Positions 1 through 9,263 of a stretch of DNA of 64,000 bases are shown here, piece by piece (the first letter of the stretch is position 1; each line of letters opens with the position of its first letter). A model generated the notes under the pieces. It worked only from the letters and a program-made list of their open reading frames with translations. It was not told the origin of the DNA and searched no databases. The translations under genes and the position numbers were made by a program. This stretch comes from Candidatus Poribacteria bacterium (GTDB taxonomy: Bacteria > Poribacteria > WGA-4E > PCPOR2b): the NCBI GenBank assembly GCA_965215015.1, contig OZ244042.1:1600001-1664000 (forward strand), in the 5' to 3' direction.

Positions 1-395
1 AGGGCATATCGGTGGCTTCAAATCTCGCTAATTTCTACGATACCAATCAGCTCAAAAAAGTATTCTCTAAAGGTCTGTGCGGGAAACCGATACTCGAATT
101 TAGGTGTTGAATCTCGACCGTTATAGTTTATAATAACGCAAATTACTACCTGCCGTTCCCCTGAGACTGTTTTGGTTCATTGGTTGATTGAACTGATGAA
201 CCTTTACATTGCGCTCCGCTGGAACGAAAATTATTATAACGCAAGTCGCGATTCGGAGGGCACCCCCCCCACCGTCTGTTTTGTGTAGGAGAGAATTCCA
301 ATTCCCAGTTTTTGATGCTTCGTTTATCAACCAGCAACTTACCTTATAATATCGGCAAGACAGATTTATGCAACGTATTAAAACCTTCATCGTTC

Positions 396-527
396 ATGTT
401 AAGAAATCGTGCAACAGCAACCGAGTTTTTTCGACCTCCCTCCGTTCCCTCGCTTGCGGGAGGATTACAGGGGGTAAGCGAGGGGAGAGGGCGGCTTCTG
501 TTCGTGTTTTGCACTCTCTTTTTGCAT
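396..527. repeat. MITE-like composite repeat, copy A
   Basis: Starts ATGTTAAGAAATCGTGCAAC, identical to 44475-44494. Ends GTTTTGCACTCTCTTTTTGCAT, similar to the end of the 44475-44576 copy. The two ends form an imperfect inverted repeat. Confidence 0.6.
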
Positions 528-568
528 GAGTGACCTTCATGAGATTGGTTTCGTAAAGGGAGAAACGA

Positions 569-1288
569 ATGAGAAAAAAAATATCGCGTGAGACGCTTAA
601 TCTTCTCTTGATTCCCAGTACCGCGACCTTGACTTCGGTGCTGCGACAGCATGGCATCACCCGTACCTTTATGCAGGGTGTCGCGCCGCTACGACCCGAT
701 ATGAAGATGGCCGGGGCCGCGTTCACCCTTCGGTACATACCGATGCGCGAAGATTTGGATCCGGGCATAGTTGATAACCTGAAGGATGTCCAACGTATCG
801 GGATTGAGCAGATTAGCGAGGGAGAAGTCTTGGTTATTGATGCACGAGGAGATACCCGCGCAGGCACAATGGGGTCAATCCTTGCTACACGCGTCCATTG
901 CCGTGGCGCAGCGGGTATTGTGACTGATGGTGCTTACCGTGATAGTCCAGCCATCGCTGAACTTGGCATTGCGGCTTATGCAACAGCGATGAACGCCCAC
1001 ACCAACAAAACGGTACACCATCCGAGCGAGATTCAGGTGCCAATTGCTTGTGGCGAGGTAGCGGTGTACCCGGGGGACATCATCGTTGGTGACGAAGAGG
1101 GTGTCGTCGTAGTGCCGGCAGAACTAACAGAGCAGGTGGCACAGACCGCTGTCGAAATGGAGGAGAAGGAGGAGTTTATCACGGAAAAAATACAGACAGG
1201 AGCAAGCATTGTCGGTGTCTATCCGCCGGATGAAAAAACGTTGGCTGAATATGAGGAGTGGAAAAGGAGGAGGGGCAACCGAAATTAA
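569..1288 (+). CDS. RraA / HMG-CHA aldolase family protein
   Basis: Motifs GAAFTLRY, VLVIDARG, GIVTDGAYRD, VYPGDIIVGDEEGVVVVP; GGGAG RBS upstream. Confidence 0.85.
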   Translation: MRKKISRETLNLLLIPSTATLTSVLRQHGITRTFMQGVAPLRPDMKMAGAAFTLRYIPMREDLDPGIVDNLKDVQRIGIEQISEGEVLVIDARGDTRAGTMGSILATRVHCRGAAGIVTDGAYRDSPAIAELGIAAYATAMNAHTNKTVHHPSEIQVPIACGEVAVYPGDIIVGDEEGVVVVPAELTEQVAQTAVEMEEKEEFITEKIQTGASIVGVYPPDEKTLAEYEEWKRRRGNRN

Positions 1289-1620
1289 AGTAAGCCCTTG
1301 GCTTGGAAAAATCCTTTTAGCTGCTCCATCGCGGCAGATATAGAGCCAAAAGGTGTAGGTGTTATCTCCATACCTATTCATTACTTATTCATTCGATCAA
1401 ACTCGTCCACACGGAACTGGGCACTAATGTTGTTGAAAATTTTTAACGCCCCTGTTCCTTTGTAAATCTCCGCGGGTTCGTTGGTGATTTTGGCACCCAA
1501 CTTGAGTCTCCCATCGTTACCACTGCCGGTCAGGTCTGCGACCTTCTTTCCATCAAGCTGCTCATCAAACGAGAAATACAAAAGCATATTCGGATCTATC
1601 GCCGCAATAAGCGTTCTTAT
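1289..1620 (-). pseudogene. Degraded LamG-like paralog (last copy of the array)
   Basis: Near-identical to the N-terminus of 1805-2629. Start is ATA instead of ATG, the signal-peptide region is deleted, an 11-bp imperfect tandem duplication (1371-1392) causes a stop and frameshift, and the C-terminal half is missing. Confidence 0.85.
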
Positions 1621-1735
1621 TTTTAATACCTCCTTTGATTGTTTAATATGGAATTTTCATCAATTGAGCAGCGTACATCAGCAGATCCACCGGCAATCTA
1701 CCAAAATCAAGGCTATTCTCCAGCCCCAAATGATA

Positions 1736-1766
1736 TAGCCCCGATGGTCAAAATCCCTCGGGGCTA
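1736..1766. terminator. GC-rich hairpin, possible terminator or IS-end remnant
   Basis: TAGCCCCGA...TCGGGGCTA 9-bp stem just downstream of the 1805-2629 gene. Confidence 0.35.
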
Positions 1767-1804
1767 AAGGCGTCCGTATCTGGTTTAATATACTATTCCG
1801 AGTT

Positions 1805-2629
1805 CTATCGGTTAATGCCCGTTTTGAGACGGCCCCAGGTAGTAGTCAATTTTCGTTCGGGTTCAACCGACAGGAATTGTCCCTTGGCATCCATCACCAC
1901 TTCCTTTTCGGTTAGGGCGCGGTTATAAAGCCCAAACTCATCCATGGCAAAAGAAGCGGCTCGGATCCGCGATCCTCCGATACGAAGATGCCCCTTACCT
2001 TGGATGAAATCTCGTTTGACACCATATCTGGCTTCTTCTTTGCCGTCAATGTAGATTATTAGGTCCGTTGCCTTTTTGACCCCCGCTATGTGATACCATT
2101 TGTTCAGTTCAAACTTTTCACCCTTGCCACCGGGGCCAACTCCGTCACCCGCTACAGCCCCTTGGTCACCAAATTTATATGTAAGTGTTAGCCCCGGATC
2201 GGTCACATAGATGGCTGGCGCGTTACCTTTCGCATCACCAACTAAAATGTTGGCTTTTTGCAGAATGATTTCCTCCGGACAACACGGATCATTTCTAACA
2301 CCGTATACGTAAAGCCAAAAGGTGTAGGTGTTATCTTTATAGCTATCCATTTCCCTAAAGGACTCAACGAGGAACTGGGCACTAATGTTGTTGAAAATTT
2401 TCAACGCCCCTGTTCCTTTGTAAATCTCCGCGGGTTCGTTGGTGATTTTGGCACCCAACTTGAGTTTCCCATCGTTACCGCCGCCGGTCAGGTCTGCGAC
2501 CTTCTTTCCATCAAGCTGCTCATCAAACGAGAAATACAAAAGCATGTTTGGATCCAGAGCCGCCGGGGTAGAAAGAACCGTTATGGCAACAAATGTAGTG
2601 ATGAAACTTACCGCAATAAGCGTTCTCAT
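1805..2629 (-). CDS. Secreted LamG/concanavalin A-like jellyroll protein
   Basis: Signal peptide; LLYFSFDE, KWYHIAGV, IYIDGKE, MDEFGLYNRAL; C-terminal VEPERKLTTTWGRLK. Confidence 0.85.
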   Translation of the reverse strand: MRTLIAVSFITTFVAITVLSTPAALDPNMLLYFSFDEQLDGKKVADLTGGGNDGKLKLGAKITNEPAEIYKGTGALKIFNNISAQFLVESFREMDSYKDNTYTFWLYVYGVRNDPCCPEEIILQKANILVGDAKGNAPAIYVTDPGLTLTYKFGDQGAVAGDGVGPGGKGEKFELNKWYHIAGVKKATDLIIYIDGKEEARYGVKRDFIQGKGHLRIGGSRIRAASFAMDEFGLYNRALTEKEVVMDAKGQFLSVEPERKLTTTWGRLKTGINR

Positions 2630-2810
2630 TTTTAATGCCTCCTTTTATACCGATTTAGGTTGAATGGCCTCCAACTTAAGCTAACTGTTGTAACACTTCC
2701 TGCCCCCGATAAATCGGGAGTACTCTCAAAATCTGCCCGGTAGTTGAGGTGATCTAGACAACCCCGTCCAGGTGCTACGGATAAGCGTCAGCAAAGCTAA
2801 CACATACCTG

Positions 2811-3100
2811 TTGACGTACTCCCAAACCTAAAGGCTTGGGATTCTTCACTGTCTCTTTAGGATTGGAATTGTGCACCCAACGAGAGGAGCCATCGGCAGA
2901 TGGGCTTACCCCTTCTCCTGCAAGGGCTGACGCCCTCCACCCGATAGATATTAACCGCGGCATTGCGATCTCTATCTAACTGTGTATGGCAGTTTGGATA
3001 CTGCCATGTTCTATCTCGCGGATTCAACGCTTCATTGACAGCACCGCAAGCCGAACAGCCCTTACTCGTTGCCAATCTGTATCCCCACCTGAAAAGACGA
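2811..3100 (-). mobile_element. tnpB: IS200/IS605-family remnant: TnpB C-terminal fragment plus right end
   Basis: SKGCSACG...WQYPNCHTQLDRDRNAAVNI matches the TnpB zinc finger and RuvC-III motif. It is followed by GAATCCCAAGCCTTTAGGTTTGGGAGTACGTCAA, a typical right-end hairpin ending in TCAA. Confidence 0.8.
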
Positions 3101-3184
3101 GAGGTTAGATTGGAAGGTTCTGATAAATCCTTAAATGATAAACCCCGGCGATCCAGCAAATCAACGCTTCAGAAATCCCATGGG

Positions 3185-4012
3185 TTAACGACCTGTTTTG
3201 AGATGACCCCAGGTGGTAGTCAATTTTCGTTCGGGCTCAACTGACAGAAGTACGCCTTTGGCATCCAACTTTACTTCTTGTTCGGTTAAGGCGCGATTGT
3301 AGAGTTGAAACTCATCCATGGCAAAAGAGGCTGCCCGTTGCCGCGTTCCACCGATGCGCAGGTGTCCTTTACCCTGAACGAAATCGCGTTGGACCTTATA
3401 CCTCGCTTCTTCTTTGCCATCAATATGGATTGTGAGGCTAGATCCCTGTTTAACCCCCGCGATGTGATACCATTTATTCAGCTCAAACTTTTCACCCTTA
3501 CCGCCGGGGCCGACCACCTCACCCGCTACAGCTCCCTGATCGCCAAATTTATATATAAGCGATAGACCCGGATCGGTCAGAAAGACCCCCGGCGCGCTCC
3601 CTTTGTCGGCAGCGTCTAGAACGTTGGCTTTTTTGAAGATACCTTCTTCTGCACAACACGGATCATTTCTGACACCGAAGATATAGAGCCAAAAGGTGTA
3701 GGTATTATCTTTATAGCTATCCATCTCCTTAAAAGACTCAACGAGGAACTGAGCACTAATGTTGTTGAAAATTTTTAACGCGCCCGCTCCTTTGTAAACC
3801 TCCGCGGGTTCATTGGTGATTTTAGCACCTAATTTGAGTTTTCCATCGTTACCGCCGCCGGTCAGGTTTTCGACCTTCTTTCCATCGAGCTGCTCATCAA
3901 ACGAGAAATACAAAAGCATGTTCGGATCTATCGCCGCCGGGGCAGAGAGAACCATCATGGGAACAAACGTGATGATGAAACTTATCGAAATAAATGTTAT
4001 AAATGTTCTCAT
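3185..4012 (-). CDS. Secreted LamG-like protein (array copy)
   Basis: Paralog of 1805-2629; ATG at 4012 with AAGGAGG RBS; C-terminal VEPERKLTTTWGHLK. Confidence 0.85.
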   Translation of the reverse strand: MRTFITFISISFIITFVPMMVLSAPAAIDPNMLLYFSFDEQLDGKKVENLTGGGNDGKLKLGAKITNEPAEVYKGAGALKIFNNISAQFLVESFKEMDSYKDNTYTFWLYIFGVRNDPCCAEEGIFKKANVLDAADKGSAPGVFLTDPGLSLIYKFGDQGAVAGEVVGPGGKGEKFELNKWYHIAGVKQGSSLTIHIDGKEEARYKVQRDFVQGKGHLRIGGTRQRAASFAMDEFQLYNRALTEQEVKLDAKGVLLSVEPERKLTTTWGHLKTGR

Positions 4013-4097
4013 TTTCAATTCCTCCTTTTATACCCATTTAGGTTAAATGGCACGGAACTTAAGCCAACTGTTGTAACATTATCAGAAGTCCCATCGG

Positions 4098-4964
4098 TTA
4101 ACGACTAACTTTGATATTGCCCCAAGTAGTTGTTAATCTTCTTTCGGGCTCGACCGATAGAAGTATACCTTTGGCGTCCAACTCCACTTCTTTTGCAGTC
4201 AAGGCACGATCGTAAAGAGAAAACTCATCCATGGCGAAATGGGCGGAACGCTCCCGTGTCCCACCGATACGAAGGAGTGCCTCGCCTTGAACAAAGTCTC
4301 TCGGGACATCATATCTGCCTTGCTCTTTACCGTTGACATAGATTATCAACTCGTCCGCCTTTTTGACACCTGCGATATGATACCATTTTTTCACTTCAAA
4401 CGCTGTGCCGTTGCCCCCGGGACCGACGATTCCCTTCGCGCCTATAGCCCCTTGGACCCCGCCACCCCCTTTATCCTCAAATTGATATATAAGGGCTAGC
4501 GGCTCCTCCTGAATAAGTATGCCCGGTGCCCAACCTTTCACATTACCTTCTAGCACTCTGCCCTTTTCCAGAATGCTTGCCCTTCCTTCTCCACAGGTTC
4601 CACCACAATGTTCCCAATTCCAAGGCTTAGCGGTGTTACCGAAGATATAGAGCCAAAAGGTGTAGGTGTTATCTTTATACTCATTCATTCTCTTAAAGGG
4701 CTCGACACGGACCTGAGCACTGATGTTAGTGAATTTAACCGCCCCTGCTCCTTTGTAAATCTCTGCGGGCTCGTTGGTGATTTTGGCACCCAACTTGAGT
4801 TTCCCATTGTTACCGCCGCCGGTCAGGTCTTCTATCTGCTTCCCATCGAGCTGCTCATCAAACGAGAACCACAAAAGCATATTCGGATCTATCGCCGCCT
4901 CGCCAGAGAGAACCGTCATGAACAGAAACGTTGTGATGAAACTCGCCCCAATCAGCATTCTCAT
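4098..4964 (-). CDS. Secreted LamG-like protein (first gene of the array)
   Basis: Same scaffold motifs; C-terminal VEPERRLTTTWGNIK; GGAGG RBS. Confidence 0.85.
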   Translation of the reverse strand: MRMLIGASFITTFLFMTVLSGEAAIDPNMLLWFSFDEQLDGKQIEDLTGGGNNGKLKLGAKITNEPAEIYKGAGAVKFTNISAQVRVEPFKRMNEYKDNTYTFWLYIFGNTAKPWNWEHCGGTCGEGRASILEKGRVLEGNVKGWAPGILIQEEPLALIYQFEDKGGGGVQGAIGAKGIVGPGGNGTAFEVKKWYHIAGVKKADELIIYVNGKEQGRYDVPRDFVQGEALLRIGGTRERSAHFAMDEFSLYDRALTAKEVELDAKGILLSVEPERRLTTTWGNIKVSR

Positions 4965-5030
4965 GTTCAATCCCTCCTTTTCAAAATCTGATTATCCACT
5001 TCAATTGAAAAGCCTAAAAAAATTAAACTC

Positions 5031-5060
5031 ATTATATCACATCTATTGAATATTTGTCAA
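5031..5060 (-). promoter_or_regulatory. Sigma70-type promoter for the LamG array
   Basis: Minus strand TTGACA-N18-TATAAT with TGn extended -10, about 65 nt upstream of 4964. Confidence 0.7.
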
Positions 5061-5284
5061 AAAAAAGTAAATTTACGATCGACATCTGCAATTTTTGATA
5101 TTATAATTAATTATTGATGCTGTAATTCTCAGAAATTTGCAATGGAATGAGTAGATTCGCAGTGATTTTGGCTGCAGCATCACTTCGGTTGGTCAATGAG
5201 ATTCGCAAACGAATCGCCATTTGTGCGGACAATGTGTCGGCCTGTGCAAATTTCTGTAATAATCGCAAACAGGAGGATATTTAA

Positions 5285-6085
5285 ATGCAAAGGTTAAAGA
5301 TATTTCCATTCAGTGCCCTGGTCGTTATCTTTTTGATAGGCCTGTTGCCATCCTTGGGATACAGCCAGATCCAATTGGATGACCCACTCCTCGTATTCTA
5401 CTTCCCTCTGGATGAAGGCAAAGGGGACATAATAAAAGACCTCGGTCCCAACCAACTAGAGGGAGAACTTGAAGGGGGGCCAGCATGGGTAGATTCCGTA
5501 GATAAAAAATTTGGAACCTCTCTTTCGTTTATAGACGGTAAAGAGCAATCGGGGTTCGTGGCAGATGTTCCAGCCTTGGATCTCGGCGAATCTGATACCA
5601 CTCTCGCTGCTTGGGTTAAAACCGGCAAAGAGGAGGGTCAGGGATTTGTCTATATTAAGTGGGATGGCGGGGGTTGGTATATCAAGCTAAGGGATAAGAA
5701 ACTCTACACCCGATATCACATACCCGCCCCAGTCGGTTTCGGTGCTGAGATTCCCAGTAAAACAGAGATTTCAGATGACCAATGGCACCATGTTGCCTCG
5801 ATGCGTACAAACAAATCGACGGTTTCACTATTTATCGATGGCAAACTAGACCATAAAGATGACGCGGGTTCAGCAGCCGGTTCGGCTAATACCCCGGCCA
5901 ATTTGGAAATTGGCCGGTTTAAGGAAGAGCGTTTCTGGGATGGGGAGTTTGATGAACTTTTCCTGATGAAGAGAAATTTGACGCTCGACGAACTTCAACT
6001 GTTGATGGACGGCGAGTTTTTAGCAGTCGAATCGAAGGGGAAACTCCCCCTCACTTGGGGTAGTCTCAAAGCTGCTAGGAATTAA
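5285..6085 (+). CDS. Secreted LamG-like protein (divergent subfamily)
   Basis: Signal peptide; LVFYFPLDEG, QWHHVA, LFIDGK, GEFDEL; C-terminal VESKGKLPLTWGSLK. Confidence 0.85.
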   Translation: MQRLKIFPFSALVVIFLIGLLPSLGYSQIQLDDPLLVFYFPLDEGKGDIIKDLGPNQLEGELEGGPAWVDSVDKKFGTSLSFIDGKEQSGFVADVPALDLGESDTTLAAWVKTGKEEGQGFVYIKWDGGGWYIKLRDKKLYTRYHIPAPVGFGAEIPSKTEISDDQWHHVASMRTNKSTVSLFIDGKLDHKDDAGSAAGSANTPANLEIGRFKEERFWDGEFDELFLMKRNLTLDELQLLMDGEFLAVESKGKLPLTWGSLKAARN

Positions 6086-6265
6086 CAGGACAGTGTTGGA
6101 GATTTTTCGATAGTCCAGGTTTTACACTTAGCAGACGTGAAAATAGTAGGAAAACGGGCTGAATTTTGGGTTCGTTCTCACAACAAATTGCGGCGAGGAG
6201 CCTGCCGAATTCATTCGTGCAGATTTCTCGCCGCAATTTTTTATCTGCTGGGGAGAAATCCGCAA

Positions 6266-8056
6266 ATGAAAAAAGCGTTGATTATCTTGATTGCGCTTGT
6301 AGCAATCAACATAGCGGGTTGGCAGATTGCTCGGCCACAGCAAACAGATTCCACCACCCAACCCCCCGAGGAAGGTCAGATTATCTTGGCCGAATATCAG
6401 TGGAAGGGGAGAAAATTCGAGATTTCACTTGCGGATTTCAAGGCGGCGATTGGAGAATTATCAATCTTCCAACAGGAAAATTACGCAAGTAAAGCTGGAA
6501 AGACAGAATACCTGCAGGAGTTCATCGACGAAAAACTAAAAGTCCTTGCAGCTATAGATAAGGGACTGGATAAAGATGAAGATATACTCAAGAAAGCGCA
6601 GGAATACAAACATACCCTCTTAGTCCAGCACCTGACATTAATTGAAGTTGATGAAAAGGTTTCTACCACGGAGGAAAACCTGCGGCGGTATTACGAGGAA
6701 CACAAGTCGGAATACGTCGAGGAGGCAGCAGCACGGGTAACCTGCATCAGTGTACTGGAGAAAGCACTCGCACAAGAGGCATTGGCACAAATCAAAGCTG
6801 GAGTAGACATTAGCAAACTGGCAAAACAACTGTCAGAAAAAGAAAAATTGTTTGGTCCCGGGAGCAACAAGGTGGATCCGGGGAACACGGGACTCTTCAC
6901 CAAGGACGAATCCCACGCCTGGCAGGTTTTTGTTGACGCCGCTTTTGGCATGGAAGTCGGGGAAATCACGGAAGAAATCCTTGAACTTGAGATGAATCAC
7001 GAAACGTACTACCTCATGTTCCGCAAGGAGGAGCACATACCGGAACGGATAGCCGACTTTCAGGAGGTCAGAGACTATATTGAGACGCCTGTTAAGCGTG
7101 ATCTCAAACGGAGGCGAATTATCGAGTGGGTGGCAGAAGTCACCGCAGAAAGTGGACTGAAAACCTACCCGGAACGGATTCCTGAAGCAGGACTGGATCA
7201 AGAGGAACCGGGGACAAACGCGGAAACTATTGTCGTTGCAGAGTTTAGTTGCAACGGAAAACAGCACATTACGCTTGCTGAAATGATATCAGACATTCGC
7301 GAACTCTCGGAGTTTACACCGAAACGATATAAAAGCAAGGCGCGCCTTGAAGAATACTTGACCCTGATGGCAGAAGGGCGCTTAATGCTCTGTATTGCCA
7401 AAGATCGGAAACTCGAAGAAGTGCCGGAAATCCAGAAAAAAATCCAGAGGTATCTCCATACGCTGCTTGCCAATAAACTCTGGAAAATTGAAGTTGAGCA
7501 GAAAGCCGAAGTGACAGAGGTAGACATACAAGCCCACTATGAAGCGCGTAAAAGCGAATTCGCCGAGGAGGAGCAGGTGCGGCTAACCTGTATCACGCTT
7601 AGGGAAAGCGACCGCGCGAAGGAGGTTTTTGAGTCAATTCAGTTGGGCAAAGCCATCGGCGAAGTAGCGAAGGCGTTGTCAGATAGTGGAGAATTGACCG
7701 GCCCGGGGGCGGATCCCCTCAAACCCGGCGATACCGGGTACCTGACCCGCGACACCTTTCCGGAAGAGCAGCAAGCCTTTACTGACGCTGCCTTTGCGAT
7801 GGAAGTGGGACAGACCGTTGATGATATCATGATTGTTAGTTTTCAAGGCAGACAATACTACACAATTTTCCGAAAAGAAGAACATAACCCACCACGCCAA
7901 AAAACGCTTGACGACCCAGAGGTCCGGCGGATAGTGACAGCAGACACCCAAACGGAAAGACGCGGGGCACTTACAAACAACCTGCACACTCGACTCCGTG
8001 ATAAAGCAAAACTCAAAATATATTTCGACCGAATTCCAGAGCAGTCAGACAAATGA
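6266..8056 (+). CDS. PpiC/PrsA-SurA-type foldase with two tandem modules
   Basis: N-terminal signal/anchor MKKALIILIALVAI; two repeats of (V/T)TE..L/I..YYE..KSE...R(V/L)TCI...PG(N/D)TG...F.DAAF.MEVG. Confidence 0.75.
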   Translation: MKKALIILIALVAINIAGWQIARPQQTDSTTQPPEEGQIILAEYQWKGRKFEISLADFKAAIGELSIFQQENYASKAGKTEYLQEFIDEKLKVLAAIDKGLDKDEDILKKAQEYKHTLLVQHLTLIEVDEKVSTTEENLRRYYEEHKSEYVEEAAARVTCISVLEKALAQEALAQIKAGVDISKLAKQLSEKEKLFGPGSNKVDPGNTGLFTKDESHAWQVFVDAAFGMEVGEITEEILELEMNHETYYLMFRKEEHIPERIADFQEVRDYIETPVKRDLKRRRIIEWVAEVTAESGLKTYPERIPEAGLDQEEPGTNAETIVVAEFSCNGKQHITLAEMISDIRELSEFTPKRYKSKARLEEYLTLMAEGRLMLCIAKDRKLEEVPEIQKKIQRYLHTLLANKLWKIEVEQKAEVTEVDIQAHYEARKSEFAEEEQVRLTCITLRESDRAKEVFESIQLGKAIGEVAKALSDSGELTGPGADPLKPGDTGYLTRDTFPEEQQAFTDAAFAMEVGQTVDDIMIVSFQGRQYYTIFRKEEHNPPRQKTLDDPEVRRIVTADTQTERRGALTNNLHTRLRDKAKLKIYFDRIPEQSDK

Positions 8057-8205
8057 TAATGACCATCCACCCTTAACTGGGAGCACCGACTTCAAACCAA
8101 TTCTTAACAATGCGTTGTAGATTTAGCGATGTACAGCGGACAAGACTATCAAGGCCTATGTTGCGATGCACAACTTGACAATGTTGAATTTAGGAGGATT
8201 TACAA

Positions 8206-8985
8206 ATGATGCAATCAATCAGTGACAGTCAATGGCAGCAATTCTTGGAGGAAGGCTATCTCCTTCTCGGTAGAGTGATGGACGATGAAGAACTCACAAC
8301 TTTACAACAGCGCATTGATGAAATCATGATGGGCAAAGCCACACTCCCCTACGACCAGCTAATGATGCAATTGGATGGCAAGACCAGCGACTATAGTAAG
8401 ATGGAACCAATGACAAAGGGACACAAAGGCCCGACGTTAAACTATCGTAAAATCACGGAACTTGAACTTGACCCATTCTTCCTGTCGTATATGCAAAAAC
8501 CTGCCTTCCGGGACATTTGTGCCAGAGCCTACGGTCCCTCTACCCCGATTGCTACCCCGCGTGCAATGTTTATGAATAAGCCGGCGGACACAGGAACTCA
8601 CCTTCCTTGGCATCAGGACGTATTTCGGAACCTTGACACACTTTCACGCATTATCATTTGGGCAGCGCTTGATCCTGCGACCCTTGACAACGGCTGTCTC
8701 AGGGTAATTCCCAAATCTCATCACCGCATTTATGAAGGAAACTTCCCCACGGAAGAACAGCTCGAAGTCCTCTTCGCAGCGGCGGATCCCGTTACTCTTG
8801 AATTACAGGCGGGCGAGGGGGTATTGCTGCACGTCAACCTGATTCACACTTCCGCGGTGAATGGGACCGGTTTGCCGCGGCGGGCATTCAGCGTCGCTTA
8901 TGCAGATGCTGCGACCAGGACCGCTGATGGTCAGTTTCTCCCCACTATTTTCGGTGAAGGTGCCTTAAGTCCACAATTCAACTAA
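8206..8985 (+). CDS. Phytanoyl-CoA dioxygenase (PhyH) family protein
   Basis: PWHQD, WAALDPATLDNGCLRVIPKSH, H.S..N...PRR. Confidence 0.85.
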   Translation: MMQSISDSQWQQFLEEGYLLLGRVMDDEELTTLQQRIDEIMMGKATLPYDQLMMQLDGKTSDYSKMEPMTKGHKGPTLNYRKITELELDPFFLSYMQKPAFRDICARAYGPSTPIATPRAMFMNKPADTGTHLPWHQDVFRNLDTLSRIIIWAALDPATLDNGCLRVIPKSHHRIYEGNFPTEEQLEVLFAAADPVTLELQAGEGVLLHVNLIHTSAVNGTGLPRRAFSVAYADAATRTADGQFLPTIFGEGALSPQFN

Positions 8986-9263
8986 TCAAGCAGATTTTCA
9001 ATTCCGCCACCAGTCCGTAAAGATCAGAACGATTTCGCAGAAGCGGGGCTTGTCAAGGTTGAGGACAATGTCCGTCCGATGAAATCAGACTGTGTTACTG
9101 CCTCTCGAAGTTGTAATTATCAATAGCCGCTAGGGAATGCAATTACCCCTTAGAATCACGACATGGGCTCACCTCAAAGGGTCGCTTGCCCTTCATTTCA
9201 TTCACGGGTAGGCTTCACACCTCAACATGCCAGTCAAAACTAATTCTACGGGAGAATAGTTTA

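Noticed and set aside
1-390. Minus-strand fragment FEYRFPAQTFREYF resembling the NACHT-associated 'F.H.TFQEY' motif
   Set aside because: Short, broken by stops and at the window edge; too weak to call.
1289-4964. LamG paralogs as DGR template/variable repeats
   Set aside because: No reverse transcriptase in the window, and the differences include indels and many synonymous changes at all bases rather than adenine-specific ones.
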